A stretch of DNA of 64,000 nucleotides from Candidatus Bathyarchaeota archaeon. GTDB lineage: Archaea; Thermoproteota; Bathyarchaeia; 40CM-2-53-6. Below are positions 1-10,365 of this stretch, in pieces (positions within the stretch are counted from its first letter, which is position 1; each line of letters opens with the position of its first letter). The DNA lies in NCBI GenBank assembly GCA_963733055.1, contig CAVTBR010000001.1, forward strand, positions 1,440,001 through 1,504,000, read 5' to 3'. The notes below the pieces were generated by a model, which saw nothing but the letters and a program-made list of their open reading frames with translations, was not told where the DNA came from and made no database searches. A program made the position numbers and the translations under genes.

Positions 1-1
1 A

Positions 2-205
2 AGCTCAGAGGATATCGAGTTCTCATTCGATATCTCTGATGCGACGAGCTCGATTATCTGGTTGAACGATCGAGCGGATCATCCTCCCACTGAAGCGGTT
101 TGGTTCCAGCATGTTCCGCTGGCAAGAATACTCAGGGAGAATTTCGAAATGCTTTGGCGGAGCGCAACCCCTGCGCAAAACATTTTGCGCAAGAGGATCG
201 CCTAG
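2..205 (+). CDS. 3' end of a gene running in from the left edge, probably the C-terminal domain of a TrmB-family regulator
   Basis: Open frame from nt 2 to TAG at 203-205, ending ...EAVWFQHVPLARILRENFEMLWRSATPAQ, similar to TrmB C-termini (F-x-x-L-W). Confidence 0.55.
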   Translation, partial: SSEDIEFSFDISDATSSIIWLNDRADHPPTEAVWFQHVPLARILRENFEMLWRSATPAQNILRKRIA

Positions 206-224
206 GCATGGAGCTTCTTTCCTG

Positions 225-515
225 TCAGTACATCACTTTGAAGTCTGTGTATTCCCCTCTCCAATCTTCCCATTCGATCTCAACATTCTGCACAGAAGCT
301 CCCCGTGGCCCCCTCCGACAGAAATCGACCTCTTCTTCAACGTGCTCTTTCTCACCTTCGAACAAAGCCTCTACGCGGCCGTCAGATAGGTTCCGGACCC
401 ACCCGGTGATCCCAAGCCTTCGGGCATGTTCTGCGGTTTCAGACCTGAAGAAGACCCCTTGAACGTTTCCGCTCACGTACACATGCGCTCGGACTTTCAT
501 GTTTCCGGTGCCCAT
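225..515 (-). CDS. acyP: acylphosphatase
   Basis: VSGNVQGVFFR and GWVRNLSDGRVE motifs. Confidence 0.95.
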   Translation of the reverse strand: MGTGNMKVRAHVYVSGNVQGVFFRSETAEHARRLGITGWVRNLSDGRVEALFEGEKEHVEEEVDFCRRGPRGASVQNVEIEWEDWRGEYTDFKVMY

Positions 516-569
516 CTATGTCTAAATAATGCTTTCAGAAAGCTATGATCTGGTACCGAAAGGGTTAGA

Positions 570-1715
570 GTGAATCTGTTAGGTTTGCGAGCAGTAATCG
601 CGGAACTCAAAGTTCCCGCTTTCCCGTCGTTGGCGGATGAGACGCGGCTTATGGCGGAGAGCATTGGCTATCAAGTGGTTGGGGTGCTCATTCAGAGGCG
701 CAAGAGCGTCCACCACACCTACACCATCGGGCCCGGCCGATTGAAGGATCTTAAGCACCTAGTTGAGGACGAGCATGCGGACACGGTCATTTTCGCTAAC
801 CCCCTCACCAGCAGTCACGTGTTCAAATTGACGCAGTATCTTGGTGGAGAGATCAGGGTAATTGACCGAAACCTACTGATCCTCGAAGTCTTCGACAAGA
901 GGGCGTTCACGAATGAGGCTAAACTTCAGATTCGCCTTGCCAAATTGAAGTACACCTTGTCTTGGGGTAGGGAATTCATCAAACTCCGCGGTATCATGGG
1001 TGAACAGCTTGGCTGGATGGGCCCCGGAGATTACCCATACCAAGAATACTACCGAGCCGCTAGAAACCGCATCAGCCGAATCGAAGCAGAGCTCGAGGAT
1101 ATTTACAAGAAAAAAATGTTAAAACGAGACCACAGACGCGAGCTCGGCTTCCCGATCGTCGCCCTCGCAGGTTATACCCAAGCTGGGAAGACCAGCTTCT
1201 TCAACTTGGTAGCTCATGAAGAGAAGACGGTCGGACTCGGCCCGTTTACGACACTCACCACATTCGCACGCAGGGCGAGTACAGACCCCGAGGACAGCTC
1301 CTCTGACTTCATAATCGTCGATTCTATTGGGTTCATTGAAGACATGCACCCCATCATCCTGAAAGCCTTCCACGCAACCCTAGGCGAGTTGGCGACTGCC
1401 GACCTTCTCCTGCTCTTTATCGACGCAACAGACGATGAATTTCCTCTGGAGAGGAAAGTTAGGTCATGCAGTCAAATTCTCCGCGAGGTGGACATCTCGT
1501 CGCCGATCATTATTTGCGCCAACAAGATAGACGAGGTATCAGACGAACAACTGGAAGTGTCAACGGCAATCATACGCAAGTATTTCGCTGAGGAAGAGAT
1601 CGTCCCAGTAAGCGTCAAATCGGGACAGAACGTCGATAGGCTTCTAGCAGCGATTAAAGCGAGACTTGCGCATGTTCTCACAGTGAAGCAACGAAACCCT
1701 CAAGCGCCCGATTGA
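570..1715 (+). CDS. hflX: GTPase HflX
   Basis: IDRNLLILEVF, EAKLQIRLAKLKY, G1 GYTQAGKTS, G2 FTTL, G3 DSIGFI, G4 NKID. Confidence 0.92.
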   Translation: MNLLGLRAVIAELKVPAFPSLADETRLMAESIGYQVVGVLIQRRKSVHHTYTIGPGRLKDLKHLVEDEHADTVIFANPLTSSHVFKLTQYLGGEIRVIDRNLLILEVFDKRAFTNEAKLQIRLAKLKYTLSWGREFIKLRGIMGEQLGWMGPGDYPYQEYYRAARNRISRIEAELEDIYKKKMLKRDHRRELGFPIVALAGYTQAGKTSFFNLVAHEEKTVGLGPFTTLTTFARRASTDPEDSSSDFIIVDSIGFIEDMHPIILKAFHATLGELATADLLLLFIDATDDEFPLERKVRSCSQILREVDISSPIIICANKIDEVSDEQLEVSTAIIRKYFAEEEIVPVSVKSGQNVDRLLAAIKARLAHVLTVKQRNPQAPD

Positions 1716-2358
1716 ATTCGCGATGCTTCTCAAGCATCACGCTGTGGCCGGCTCCAGGGATTATCTCAAGCTTTGAACCCCTTATCTTCTCATGAAGATA
1801 CATAGAGTACTTCTTCGGAGTCATCTTATCATCCTCGCCGCAAACGACCAGGGTTGGGCATGTCACTTTTTCGAGGTCGTTCATGCGGTCAAACTTGTCG
1901 CAAGCCAAGTAGTCGGCCAAGGTGACTTCGGGACTCAGTTGAAGGAGGCTTTCGGTGAACCTGTCGATAATTACTGGATCAGCGCTCGGGGATACGGACC
2001 AAGATGCGATATGCTTGGCGGCCTGTTCATAGTTCTCTCTAAGTTCTGAAAGTAACTCTGGGTTAACTCGTAGTCGCCCTCCGGTCCCGACGAGCACGAG
2101 CCCCCGAAGAGCTTGGTTGCCGAGGGCGAGTTCTATTGCGATCGCTCCACCCATCGAATGCCCCACCAATACTATGTCACGCCACTCGTGGTGGCCGATT
2201 TGATCGCGAACTGATTGAGCATAGTCCGCGATACTAGTCAAACTGGTTCCAGTGGGGTGTCCTGGAAGTTCAACTGCAACGGAGTCCTTGAAATGCAGGG
2301 TTTGCAGGCGCCACACTGCTGGTGTTTCGCCCGCACCATGAATGAAAAAGAGCGCCAA
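1678..2358 (-). CDS. alpha/beta hydrolase
   Basis: FIHGAG, GHSMGG nucleophile elbow, C-terminal GAGH. Start trimmed to TTG 2358; the longer ORF overlaps the divergent gene. Confidence 0.9.
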   Translation of the reverse strand: MALFFIHGAGETPAVWRLQTLHFKDSVAVELPGHPTGTSLTSIADYAQSVRDQIGHHEWRDIVLVGHSMGGAIAIELALGNQALRGLVLVGTGGRLRVNPELLSELRENYEQAAKHIASWSVSPSADPVIIDRFTESLLQLSPEVTLADYLACDKFDRMNDLEKVTCPTLVVCGEDDKMTPKKYSMYLHEKIRGSKLEIIPGAGHSVMLEKHREFNRALEGFVASL

Positions 2359-2440
2359 TTCAAGCGTCTCCGATGCGCACAGACGAGCTTGGAAACAATA
2401 TAGAATAACCCCAATTAAGCCGAGAGGTATAGCGGGCCAT

Positions 2441-3406
2441 TTGACACATCGCTTCACGTTTTTTCGAGGAATTCTCCTAGCCGCCCTAGTTCTGGTCCTG
2501 CTCTCACCCCACCCTGCCTTCGCTAACAAAACGATGTTCATGCAAGCAACACTCAACCCAACACAGATCAACCAAGGCATCTCGGTAGCTGTTGCGGGGG
2601 AAGTATTCGATACCAACGGAATACCCATCTCCAACGCCATTGTCTCAATTCAAGTAACAAACCCCCAGGCAACGAGTATACACCTTGCCGTAGCCTACTC
2701 CGCGAAAGACGGAACCTTTCAGGATAGTTTCCTGATTGCATCCAACTCTCTCGGCGGCAACTACACGGCTTACATGGTCACGGATAAACCGGGGTACGAC
2801 ACAGCCCGAGTTACATTGACTTTCAACTACTCATCCCCTGACTTTTCAATGCAATCCTCGTCCGCTCTGCTAACCCTTCGCCAAGGCGATTCGGGCAAGG
2901 TCACGGTTACGTTGCTTTCGCTGAGAAACTTCAAAGAACCGGTGAATCTAACGGCCCTCAACTTGCCCCCTGGGGTAAGTGTGCAGTTTAATCCGGAATC
3001 TATCACGCCAAGTGGAAATGCGGAAGTGACAGTTCTTGCTTCTCGGTCTGCTCAGATCGGTAATTTCACGATAACTCTGCTTGGTGTATCCGGGCCGCTT
3101 ATTCACACGGTGTCATTCCAGCTTGAAGTCACGCCAGGTCCAATTCAAGTAACTTTCGTGTTAATACCTGCGGTTGTAGTCATCGCTCTCATCGCTGGAG
3201 TTCTGATTCAGAGGCGGCAGCGGCGTTCGCATAGGAGGGCTGCGATTGAGGAATTGTTGAAAGCGAGCGAAGCCGACATGGGTTATGTTTCCACCGCTCG
3301 GGTGATTGCGCGCCTTGAAGAATTGCGGGCTACAAATGAAGTTGATGAATCAACGTACCAGAGACTGAAGAGGGAGTACGAGAAGCGGCTAGAGAAATCT
3401 AAGTGA
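2441..3406 (+). CDS. secreted, C-terminally anchored Ig-like/MG2-type surface protein
   Basis: Signal peptide (ILLAALVLVLLSPHPAFA), beta-rich domains, TM helix followed by a basic cluster. Start uncertain. Confidence 0.7.
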   Translation: MTHRFTFFRGILLAALVLVLLSPHPAFANKTMFMQATLNPTQINQGISVAVAGEVFDTNGIPISNAIVSIQVTNPQATSIHLAVAYSAKDGTFQDSFLIASNSLGGNYTAYMVTDKPGYDTARVTLTFNYSSPDFSMQSSSALLTLRQGDSGKVTVTLLSLRNFKEPVNLTALNLPPGVSVQFNPESITPSGNAEVTVLASRSAQIGNFTITLLGVSGPLIHTVSFQLEVTPGPIQVTFVLIPAVVVIALIAGVLIQRRQRRSHRRAAIEELLKASEADMGYVSTARVIARLEELRATNEVDESTYQRLKREYEKRLEKSK

Positions 3407-3409
3407 ATC

Positions 3410-4184
3410 CTACATCTTCTTGAGAGTCTCAGCGATCTCGCCCACCGACCTGGAGAATATGTGGTCGGGTTTGTCGATGGTGTAGATTGATTTGCCGCCG
3501 AACGCCATCAGCTCGCACAGGCATGGTATCATTCCGACCAATGGCAATCCAACCTCTTCCTCAATCTGGCGGGTGAATTTTTCCTTGCCCCCTGCTGCGG
3601 CAACTTGTTCGAGCGGTATCTTGTTCAGGACGATGCCAGACTTTCTCCCGAGGGCCTCGTAGACCCCCTTCGCCAGCTCCTTTGTACCCTCCAAGTCGAA
3701 CTCATCTGCTTTCATAACCAATGAAACCAGATCCGCCCCTGCGAGCGCGGTTTATCGATGAGTATTGTGCTCCGGGGCTAGTGTCGTAGATCAGGTAGTC
3801 AATTTGTTTCTCTTGCAGAATCTCCTTCTTCCCGGCGAGGGTCTTCGATAACGCCTTGACCTCCCATTTCCTGTCTTTACTCATTATGTCCTTGAGCGCC
3901 TCGAGCGAGGGGTTCGCGAAGCCAACCCAGATTTTGCCTGGTAGTTTGAATTTGTCGGATTGGTCGACGAGGGTATCGATGATGCCGCATTTGTCTTCGA
4001 GGTAGTCGTTCAACCAAAACTCCGGCCTTCCCTTGAAGAGCACGTTGAGGCTGGGGGCACGAAAGTCAAAGTCCAGAAGGCACACGTTAGCGCCCTGCCT
4101 AGCATAGACCGCCCCCAGGTTGGTTACCAGTGAGGTTTTTCCTGTTCCGCCTTTGTAGGAGTGAAACGCAAATGTCTTACCCAT
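3410..4184 (-). CDS. MinD/ParA-family ATPase, split by a 1-nt frameshift near 3749
   Basis: Deviant Walker A KGGTGKT, LLDFD, YDTSPG. Removing one C joins ORFs 3702-4184 and 3410-3721 (..YSSINALAGADLVSLVMKADEFD..). Confidence 0.85.
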
Positions 4185-4196
4185 TTCTAATTCATC

Positions 4197-4571
4197 TCAT
4201 GTCTCCACGAAGAAGTATACATCGCGACCTTTCCGTTTCTTCTTTACTAACCCCATCGATACGAGCTGGTTTAGGTAGTCACTTTCAACCGCCCGCACCC
4301 TCCCCGTCTCCTTCGAGAGGTCAGTTGCCGTCGCCTCTCGAAGCGTAGCTAAGGCCAGCGCTGACTTGCGAAGATGGTCCGGGAGTGAAAGAAGAGTAGT
4401 CACGTCGAGTGGCATGTCTTCGGGTAGGGAGACGCCTGGGCGAATCATCTGCCCGGCGGGGGTCCGTTGTACTTCAATGAGCCTGTCGAGTTTCCTCGAG
4501 ATGATTTCCATATTTCGGTTCATCTTCTTCAGCAGATCTATGAGAACAGTGTCCGTGCCCCTAGAACTCAC
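4197..4571 (-). CDS. winged-helix DNA-binding protein with N-terminal coiled coil
   Basis: ATATDLSKETGRVRAVESDYLNQLVSMGLVKKKRKGR; 12 nt upstream of the MinD/ParA gene. Confidence 0.8.
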   Translation of the reverse strand: MSSRGTDTVLIDLLKKMNRNMEIISRKLDRLIEVQRTPAGQMIRPGVSLPEDMPLDVTTLLSLPDHLRKSALALATLREATATDLSKETGRVRAVESDYLNQLVSMGLVKKKRKGRDVYFFVET

Positions 4572-4721
4572 GGGAAGACCACGCGTAGATGATTCATTTA
4601 CAGGCTATATGAAAGTTTGTGAGCGCTACACAAACACAGTTTTTTGTTGTAGATGTGTAGTACGTAAAAACACTTAAATACTCTTCACTGAACTATTCTT
4701 TCAATCCATGGAGCCCCCAAA

Positions 4722-6269
4722 ATGACCATCCCAACACGTTCCCGAACCAACACCGCCATACTCTTGCTTCTCTTAGCCACACTAACAAGCCTCCAAACAG
4801 GGGCCATGATCGCAAACGCCTACGCAGACAATACGTTGACGATTCAGCTAACCCGCACTACATTAAGCACGGACCCTCTTTCGGCCTCAGGAACCGTCCA
4901 AATTAACCTCAACACTGGCCAACTTACCGTTCAACTGAACCAGGCCACACCCGGTTCCGCCTATACCGCAATCTTCGTATCCCCTCCTCCCTCGGCAACA
5001 CTACAGCTAGGATCCTTCGTCACTAGCTCAGGAGGCAGCGGGAGCGTCCAGGCGAACCTAAGCGGGGGCACCTACACGGGAGTCTTCGAGTTAACGAAGC
5101 TGACCCTCGCGCAATACTCCTCAACCACTACATCTTTCACGATAGGAGCCAGCGGTTCGACTTCCACAAGCGTGACCACAGCCTCCATCCAGACCTCGAG
5201 TCAAACTTCCCAATCCGGAAACGCGGTTACCGCTAACAATACTGGATCGTTTACTTTTCAAATTCAACCGCCCTCAAACACGATCACTGCGGGTGCGTTT
5301 GCCAAATTCGACATACACATAGCCGGGAACTCGACAGCGGATGTGTTCCTAGTCGCCAAGGGCGTTCCTCCCGATAGCGTCGCAATCTTCACGCCAAACG
5401 TGGGCGTTGCCTCGCCCAATTTCAGTTCAAGCCTCACCATAGTCACCTCAGCGGACACCCCGGCCGGCAACTACACGGTGACAGCTGTGGCGATAATCAA
5501 CGGAAAGGAGTTGACGAGCCAGGTGGCTCTACAGATCTTACCACCGTCCATCATAACTACCAGCGGCAACACTACAACCAGCGTTTCATTCGGAACCACA
5601 CTCACAATGACTGTTACAACCGACCAACCCCAATACCAACCCAACGCTACGGTCACCATCCAAGGTCAGGTCAGGGATTCGACCGGAAGCGCAGCCTCCG
5701 GAGTTACCATCTCAGTGCAAGTCGACGCTCCAACCGGCAGTGAACTATTCTCTACAAACAGCATCGACACGGACGCGGCGGGCATATTCCAAGTACAAGT
5801 CAACCTCCCGGCAAGCTCACCGACGGGAACTTACACTGTGTTTACCTCAGCTGCAAAGTCGGGTTACTCAAGCGTGACCACGCGCACCACGTTCGTGGTG
5901 GGAACGTCCACAACGCCCAGCGTGATAATCAAAGCAGTCTACGCAGGGGATAGCGCCGGGAATCCAACTACAACGTTTACATCGGGACAGACTATTTGGG
6001 TCTGGGTCGTTATCGAAAACATCGGAGGCACATTCCAGGGGGTAGTCTGGATTCAGGTGCGTGACCCGAACGGTGTGCCCGTTCAAATTCAGATACATAT
6101 ATCCAGGTTAGACGCTGGTGAAACCATCAAGGATGGGCTTGGGTTCACATTGCTAAACCACCCAACTATTGGCGTTTACACGGTCAACGCCTTGGTCTCC
6201 GACAAGCTGATTTCTCAGGGCGGAACCTTCCTAGCCAGCGCAGACGCACAGTTTGCTCTGATAAGTTGA
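4722..6269 (+). CDS. secreted Ser/Thr-rich multi-Ig-domain surface protein
   Basis: Signal peptide, S/T linkers, MG2-like VTTDQPQYQPNATVTI..GTYTV. Confidence 0.75.
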   Translation: MTIPTRSRTNTAILLLLLATLTSLQTGAMIANAYADNTLTIQLTRTTLSTDPLSASGTVQINLNTGQLTVQLNQATPGSAYTAIFVSPPPSATLQLGSFVTSSGGSGSVQANLSGGTYTGVFELTKLTLAQYSSTTTSFTIGASGSTSTSVTTASIQTSSQTSQSGNAVTANNTGSFTFQIQPPSNTITAGAFAKFDIHIAGNSTADVFLVAKGVPPDSVAIFTPNVGVASPNFSSSLTIVTSADTPAGNYTVTAVAIINGKELTSQVALQILPPSIITTSGNTTTSVSFGTTLTMTVTTDQPQYQPNATVTIQGQVRDSTGSAASGVTISVQVDAPTGSELFSTNSIDTDAAGIFQVQVNLPASSPTGTYTVFTSAAKSGYSSVTTRTTFVVGTSTTPSVIIKAVYAGDSAGNPTTTFTSGQTIWVWVVIENIGGTFQGVVWIQVRDPNGVPVQIQIHISRLDAGETIKDGLGFTLLNHPTIGVYTVNALVSDKLISQGGTFLASADAQFALIS

Positions 6270-6270
6270 G

Positions 6271-7275
6271 ATGTACATGTCAGACTCCAAGGGCAATAGC
6301 TTAGACGATGTCATCTCGAACCTTAGCGGAGGTCATCCGGGCTTGGACCGCACTAACGAGAACGGAGAACGTGGCGAGGACCCGAATACGCTTGCCCTCG
6401 AAGAATACTTGGCCAGTAGACTGCAACAGATTGGTGAAGTTACTGCAGAGAAAAGAGAGATCAAAGCGCTGAAGACCGGGAACGGCTGGGACCCTAACCA
6501 AGTAGTTGAACAAGTCTACAAGATTGAACCAATCTCGATCAAGAGAGCAATTGAAATCGCTGTCTCCTCAAACAGGACACTCGGAGAGCGCCTCTCCTTC
6601 AGAAACAGGAAACGGGACTTCGAATTAGTCGGAACACCGACCGTTGATTATGTTCCAATCTGGAAAGTGAGAGGTTTCCACGAATGTTACTACATCCGCG
6701 GCAGCTCATACAAAGTGAGCCTGAAGGATGATGTTGTCGCAGTTGAGATGGAGGGGCAGAGTCGAGATCTTATGCTGGAACGCAAGCACAGCCGCCTGAT
6801 TCCGATAGCAATCATGGACCGGCTCCAGAGGATAAGCTCATTTCTGTCAAACGAATCGAAGTACTTCGTAATCACGAACGCCCTCGAGCTGGCCGTAAAA
6901 TCGTCCGAAGCGGAACTTGTGATAAGCGGAGCAGGCCGCTCGGTGACTCCTGACGACGAAGCTGAATTAACTTCCTGGAAATCTAAGAGGATTTTCGACG
7001 AGGAAGATATGAAGGTTCGCGGAGCCAAAGTGGAGATCCGCGACCCAGCATTACCAAAGGACGTGCTACTCGCGAAGTTCAGAGAACACGTAATACGTAT
7101 GCCCGAACACTTCAAGCAGATCCTGAGCAACAAATTACAGATAACGGAGCTCAAACGCATATACGTGCCCCTGATCAGAGTGCCCACGCAGAAAGGACTC
7201 GTACCACACGAAACCATCGTGAACGGTACGACCGGGGAACTTGCAGATGCGAAACTACTCGCTCTCTTCGAGTGA
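6271..7275 (+). CDS. hypothetical protein
   Basis: 334-aa ORF 1 nt after the previous stop; no family recognised. Confidence 0.7.
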   Translation: MYMSDSKGNSLDDVISNLSGGHPGLDRTNENGERGEDPNTLALEEYLASRLQQIGEVTAEKREIKALKTGNGWDPNQVVEQVYKIEPISIKRAIEIAVSSNRTLGERLSFRNRKRDFELVGTPTVDYVPIWKVRGFHECYYIRGSSYKVSLKDDVVAVEMEGQSRDLMLERKHSRLIPIAIMDRLQRISSFLSNESKYFVITNALELAVKSSEAELVISGAGRSVTPDDEAELTSWKSKRIFDEEDMKVRGAKVEIRDPALPKDVLLAKFREHVIRMPEHFKQILSNKLQITELKRIYVPLIRVPTQKGLVPHETIVNGTTGELADAKLLALFE

Positions 7276-7343
7276 ACATCCATTCCGGGCAGCGTATAGC
7301 GGGATAAACTAAATCTAATCCATTGACGTGCAGCTCTCCATAG

Positions 7344-8381
7344 GTGGGTTCACTGCATACTCCGAGAAGACTACTACTGCTCACAGCAATATTCGCAATG
7401 ATTCTGGTTCTGCCACAAGTCTTCTCGCAAGCCTCTTTGACCGTCACGGTATCGACCAACCAAACTCAGTATGCGCCGGGTGCCTTGGTTACAATTTTCG
7501 GTAAGGTCGTGGACAACCAGAGCAACCCTGTTGTTGGGGCCGCGGTTTCGATCGAAGTAAACGAACCGCCAATCTATGTGCAGCTCGTTTCCTCAGACCA
7601 ATCTGGATCCTTCTCAGACCAATTCGCCTTATCCAGCGAGTTTCCACAAGGGCAGTACACGATCTACGTCACTGCGCACAAGGGCAATTTCACTGCGGCG
7701 CAACAAACGCAGTTTACCGTTCTACCACAAACAGCCTCAACCACAGCATCGTCATCAACATCAAGTTCACAAACGACTCCCCCAAGCCAATGCTTCATCG
7801 CAACCGCAACATACGGCTCCGAACTCTCACCAGAAGTCTCACTCCTCCGGAACCTCAGAGACAAGAAGATCAGTCAAACCGTTGCGGGAAGGAATTTCAT
7901 GCTTCTCTTCAACTCATTCTACTATAGCTTCAGTCCTCAGGTAGCTTCCGTTATATCATCCCACCCGCTGGTGAGGTCCGCCGCGAAACTTCTACTCTAC
8001 CCCCTCATTGGGCTTCTTTACGTCTCGGATAGAGTCTTCACAGCGCTTTCATTCAATGGCGAACTGGCCGTAACGGCAGCCGGAGTATTCGCTGCGATAG
8101 GCATCGGTGCCATTTACGTCGGACCGGTTGCCATGGTCTTCTGCAAGATCTCCAAGCAAGGTAAACGTGCAATCTACAGCGGAGGCTGGAAGGTGTCTAT
8201 CTCATCGTGTATTCTCGCAGCCCTGATCCTAAGTCTAGGAGAAGCTGTAGGAGTCCCAATACTGCTCTCCGTTGGGATAGTTTCGATTCTTCTCAGTTTC
8301 ATTTTGCTCGGCGCGTTATCGGCCCTGCGCCTATGGGGATTAGTTGAGAATTGGAAGAGAACTGACTTTCCAGGAAAGTAG
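7344..8381 (+). CDS. CFI-box-CTERM domain membrane protein with MG2-like N-terminal domain
   Basis: CFIATATYGSELSPEVSLLR..GRNFM..FNSFYYSFSPQVA motif plus C-terminal TM helices. Confidence 0.88.
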   Translation: MGSLHTPRRLLLLTAIFAMILVLPQVFSQASLTVTVSTNQTQYAPGALVTIFGKVVDNQSNPVVGAAVSIEVNEPPIYVQLVSSDQSGSFSDQFALSSEFPQGQYTIYVTAHKGNFTAAQQTQFTVLPQTASTTASSSTSSSQTTPPSQCFIATATYGSELSPEVSLLRNLRDKKISQTVAGRNFMLLFNSFYYSFSPQVASVISSHPLVRSAAKLLLYPLIGLLYVSDRVFTALSFNGELAVTAAGVFAAIGIGAIYVGPVAMVFCKISKQGKRAIYSGGWKVSISSCILAALILSLGEAVGVPILLSVGIVSILLSFILLGALSALRLWGLVENWKRTDFPGK

Positions 8382-8382
8382 T

Positions 8383-8820
8383 CTAGCGTCTTGGCTTCTC
8401 TTTCTTGCCCTTCATGAGGGCATCTAGGGAGACGGAGTTGATGGCGTACACTTTGTAGCGTATGCCCGGAATGTCGCCCATAGCTTTGCCTTCCGCACCG
8501 CCAATCCCTTCGATCAGAACCTCGTCATGTTCGTCGATGAAGTTGAGCGCGCCGTCACCTGGGACGAAGGCGGTTATGACTTTACCATTCTTGATTAGTT
8601 GAACCCGCACGGCTTTCCTCACAGCGCTGTTAGGTTGTCGCGACTCCACCCCAACCTTTTCGAGAACGATCCCGCGTCCCTGCGGCGCACCCTGTAGCGG
8701 ATCCGCCTTAAAGTCAAGGCCAAGCATTCTTCGTTTGAAGGGTCTATAGTGCCATCTAAAGCGACGCCTATCCTTCTTCGCCTTCCTCGCAGCGAGAATA
8801 CCTCCGGCACCACTTCCCAT
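8383..8820 (-). CDS. rps12: 30S ribosomal protein uS12 (archaeal S12/S23)
   Basis: [37 protein letters not shown]. Confidence 0.98.
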   Translation of the reverse strand: MGSGAGGILAARKAKKDRRRFRWHYRPFKRRMLGLDFKADPLQGAPQGRGIVLEKVGVESRQPNSAVRKAVRVQLIKNGKVITAFVPGDGALNFIDEHDEVLIEGIGGAEGKAMGDIPGIRYKVYAINSVSLDALMKGKKEKPRR

Positions 8821-8951
8821 GTGCTTGCACTTTCCTTGATGATGAATGAGGCAAAACCGAACTTGCGCTATAAGTGCTTATCGTAGCTAGAGGAAAGACA
8901 CGGATCGGGAAAAGTTGAATCTAATATTAGTTTCAGAGCATTACCGACGGG

Positions 8952-9365
8952 ATGACAATGACAGAGAAGCCTGAGTTCCTAAGGATCGATCATGTTCAAC
9001 TAGCCGCGCCTACCGGTTCCGAGGAAAAGGCACGTGAGTTTTTCGGCGCAATTCTCGGTATGACGGAGATTCCGAAATCGGAGAATCTTCAAAGACGTGG
9101 TGGTGTGTGGTTTCAAGTCGGTTTAAACCAATTACACATCGGTATGCAGAATGCGATGAACTTTCACCCAAATAAGAAGGCCCATCCGGCGTTCGAGGTA
9201 AACGACTTGCAAATACTACGTCAGCGATTACGGTCCGCGGGAATCCCCGTTAACTGTGACGAACCGATGGAAGGCGCAGATCGTCTCTATACAGAAGACC
9301 CTTACGGTAACCGGTTAGAGTTCATTCAGTGGAAACGAAGAGATCGTCCACCAACAGAAACCTAA
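8952..9365 (+). CDS. VOC/glyoxalase family protein
   Basis: IDHVQLA, GGVWF, HPAFEV, DPYGNRLEF. Confidence 0.9.
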   Translation: MTMTEKPEFLRIDHVQLAAPTGSEEKAREFFGAILGMTEIPKSENLQRRGGVWFQVGLNQLHIGMQNAMNFHPNKKAHPAFEVNDLQILRQRLRSAGIPVNCDEPMEGADRLYTEDPYGNRLEFIQWKRRDRPPTET

Positions 9366-9406
9366 ACCTCATCCGATGGAGACTTGACGTTACCGACCTC
9401 CTCCAG

Positions 9407-10360
9407 GTGTCTAATTTGCAATTTGGTGTGAAGACGGGACAGGGTGGATATTCGTACGATGAATTGTTGAAAGTCTGGACCGCGGCAGAAGAGCTTGGGT
9501 ACGAATCGGCCTGGTTGTATGACCACTTCTACGCGCTCGGTGACAAGACACAACCCTGCCTAGAAGCTTGGACGACCCTTGCTGCGCTGGCCGCTATGAC
9601 AAAGAGTCTGAAAATTGGAACGATGGTCACTTGCGTCAATTACAGGCATCCTTCTTTGCTGGCGAAAATGGCCACAACGGTCGACCTACTGAGTCACGGA
9701 CGATTAATCCTTGGAATAGGTGCCGGATGGAACGAGGAAGAATACCGAAGTTATGGATACGATTTCCCCGACCAAGCCACAAGAATGAAGCAACTGAAAG
9801 AAGCGCTGATAATAATTCAGAAACTATGGACCGAAGAGAACACGTCCTTCGAGGGGAAGTTTTACACAATTCGAAATGCCATAAGCTCCCCCAAACCCAT
9901 ACAGAAACCGCGACCTAAGATCCTAGTTGGCATCGCTAGTGGCCGGAGAACTTTGCCGTTTCTCGCGATCCGATACGCCGACGGCCTCAATGCAACCTCT
10001 AGTTCGTTGAGCGAGGTCGACGCCATTATCCAATCCGCCCTTCGCTACTGCGAAAAACTCGGTAAGAAGAAGGATGAATTGATCATATCTTGGCAGGGTT
10101 TTCTCCTGATCGGAGAAAACGAGTCCGAGGTCGAAGCGTATGTCGAGAAAGGAGCAAAGGAAAGAGGGAAGTCGGTGTCGGAATTCAGGAAGTCCCTGCT
10201 CGATAGGGGGGTTATTGTTGGGCCTCCGGATGTTTGCGTGAATCAGTTGAGAAGATTCAAAGATTTGGGGGTGAAGACCTTCGTCCTTGGCTTTACGGGG
10301 GACACCGAGATCCGGCCCCTAGAAACCTTTAGGGACAGGGTGATTCCTCAGTTAAGGTGA
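9407..10360 (+). CDS. LLM-class (probably F420-dependent) oxidoreductase
   Basis: WLYDHF, EAWTTLAALA, YRHPSLLAKMATTVD, GRLILGIGAGW. Start placed at GTG 9407. Confidence 0.9.
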   Translation: MSNLQFGVKTGQGGYSYDELLKVWTAAEELGYESAWLYDHFYALGDKTQPCLEAWTTLAALAAMTKSLKIGTMVTCVNYRHPSLLAKMATTVDLLSHGRLILGIGAGWNEEEYRSYGYDFPDQATRMKQLKEALIIIQKLWTEENTSFEGKFYTIRNAISSPKPIQKPRPKILVGIASGRRTLPFLAIRYADGLNATSSSLSEVDAIIQSALRYCEKLGKKKDELIISWQGFLLIGENESEVEAYVEKGAKERGKSVSEFRKSLLDRGVIVGPPDVCVNQLRRFKDLGVKTFVLGFTGDTEIRPLETFRDRVIPQLR

Positions 10361-10365
10361 GCGCC

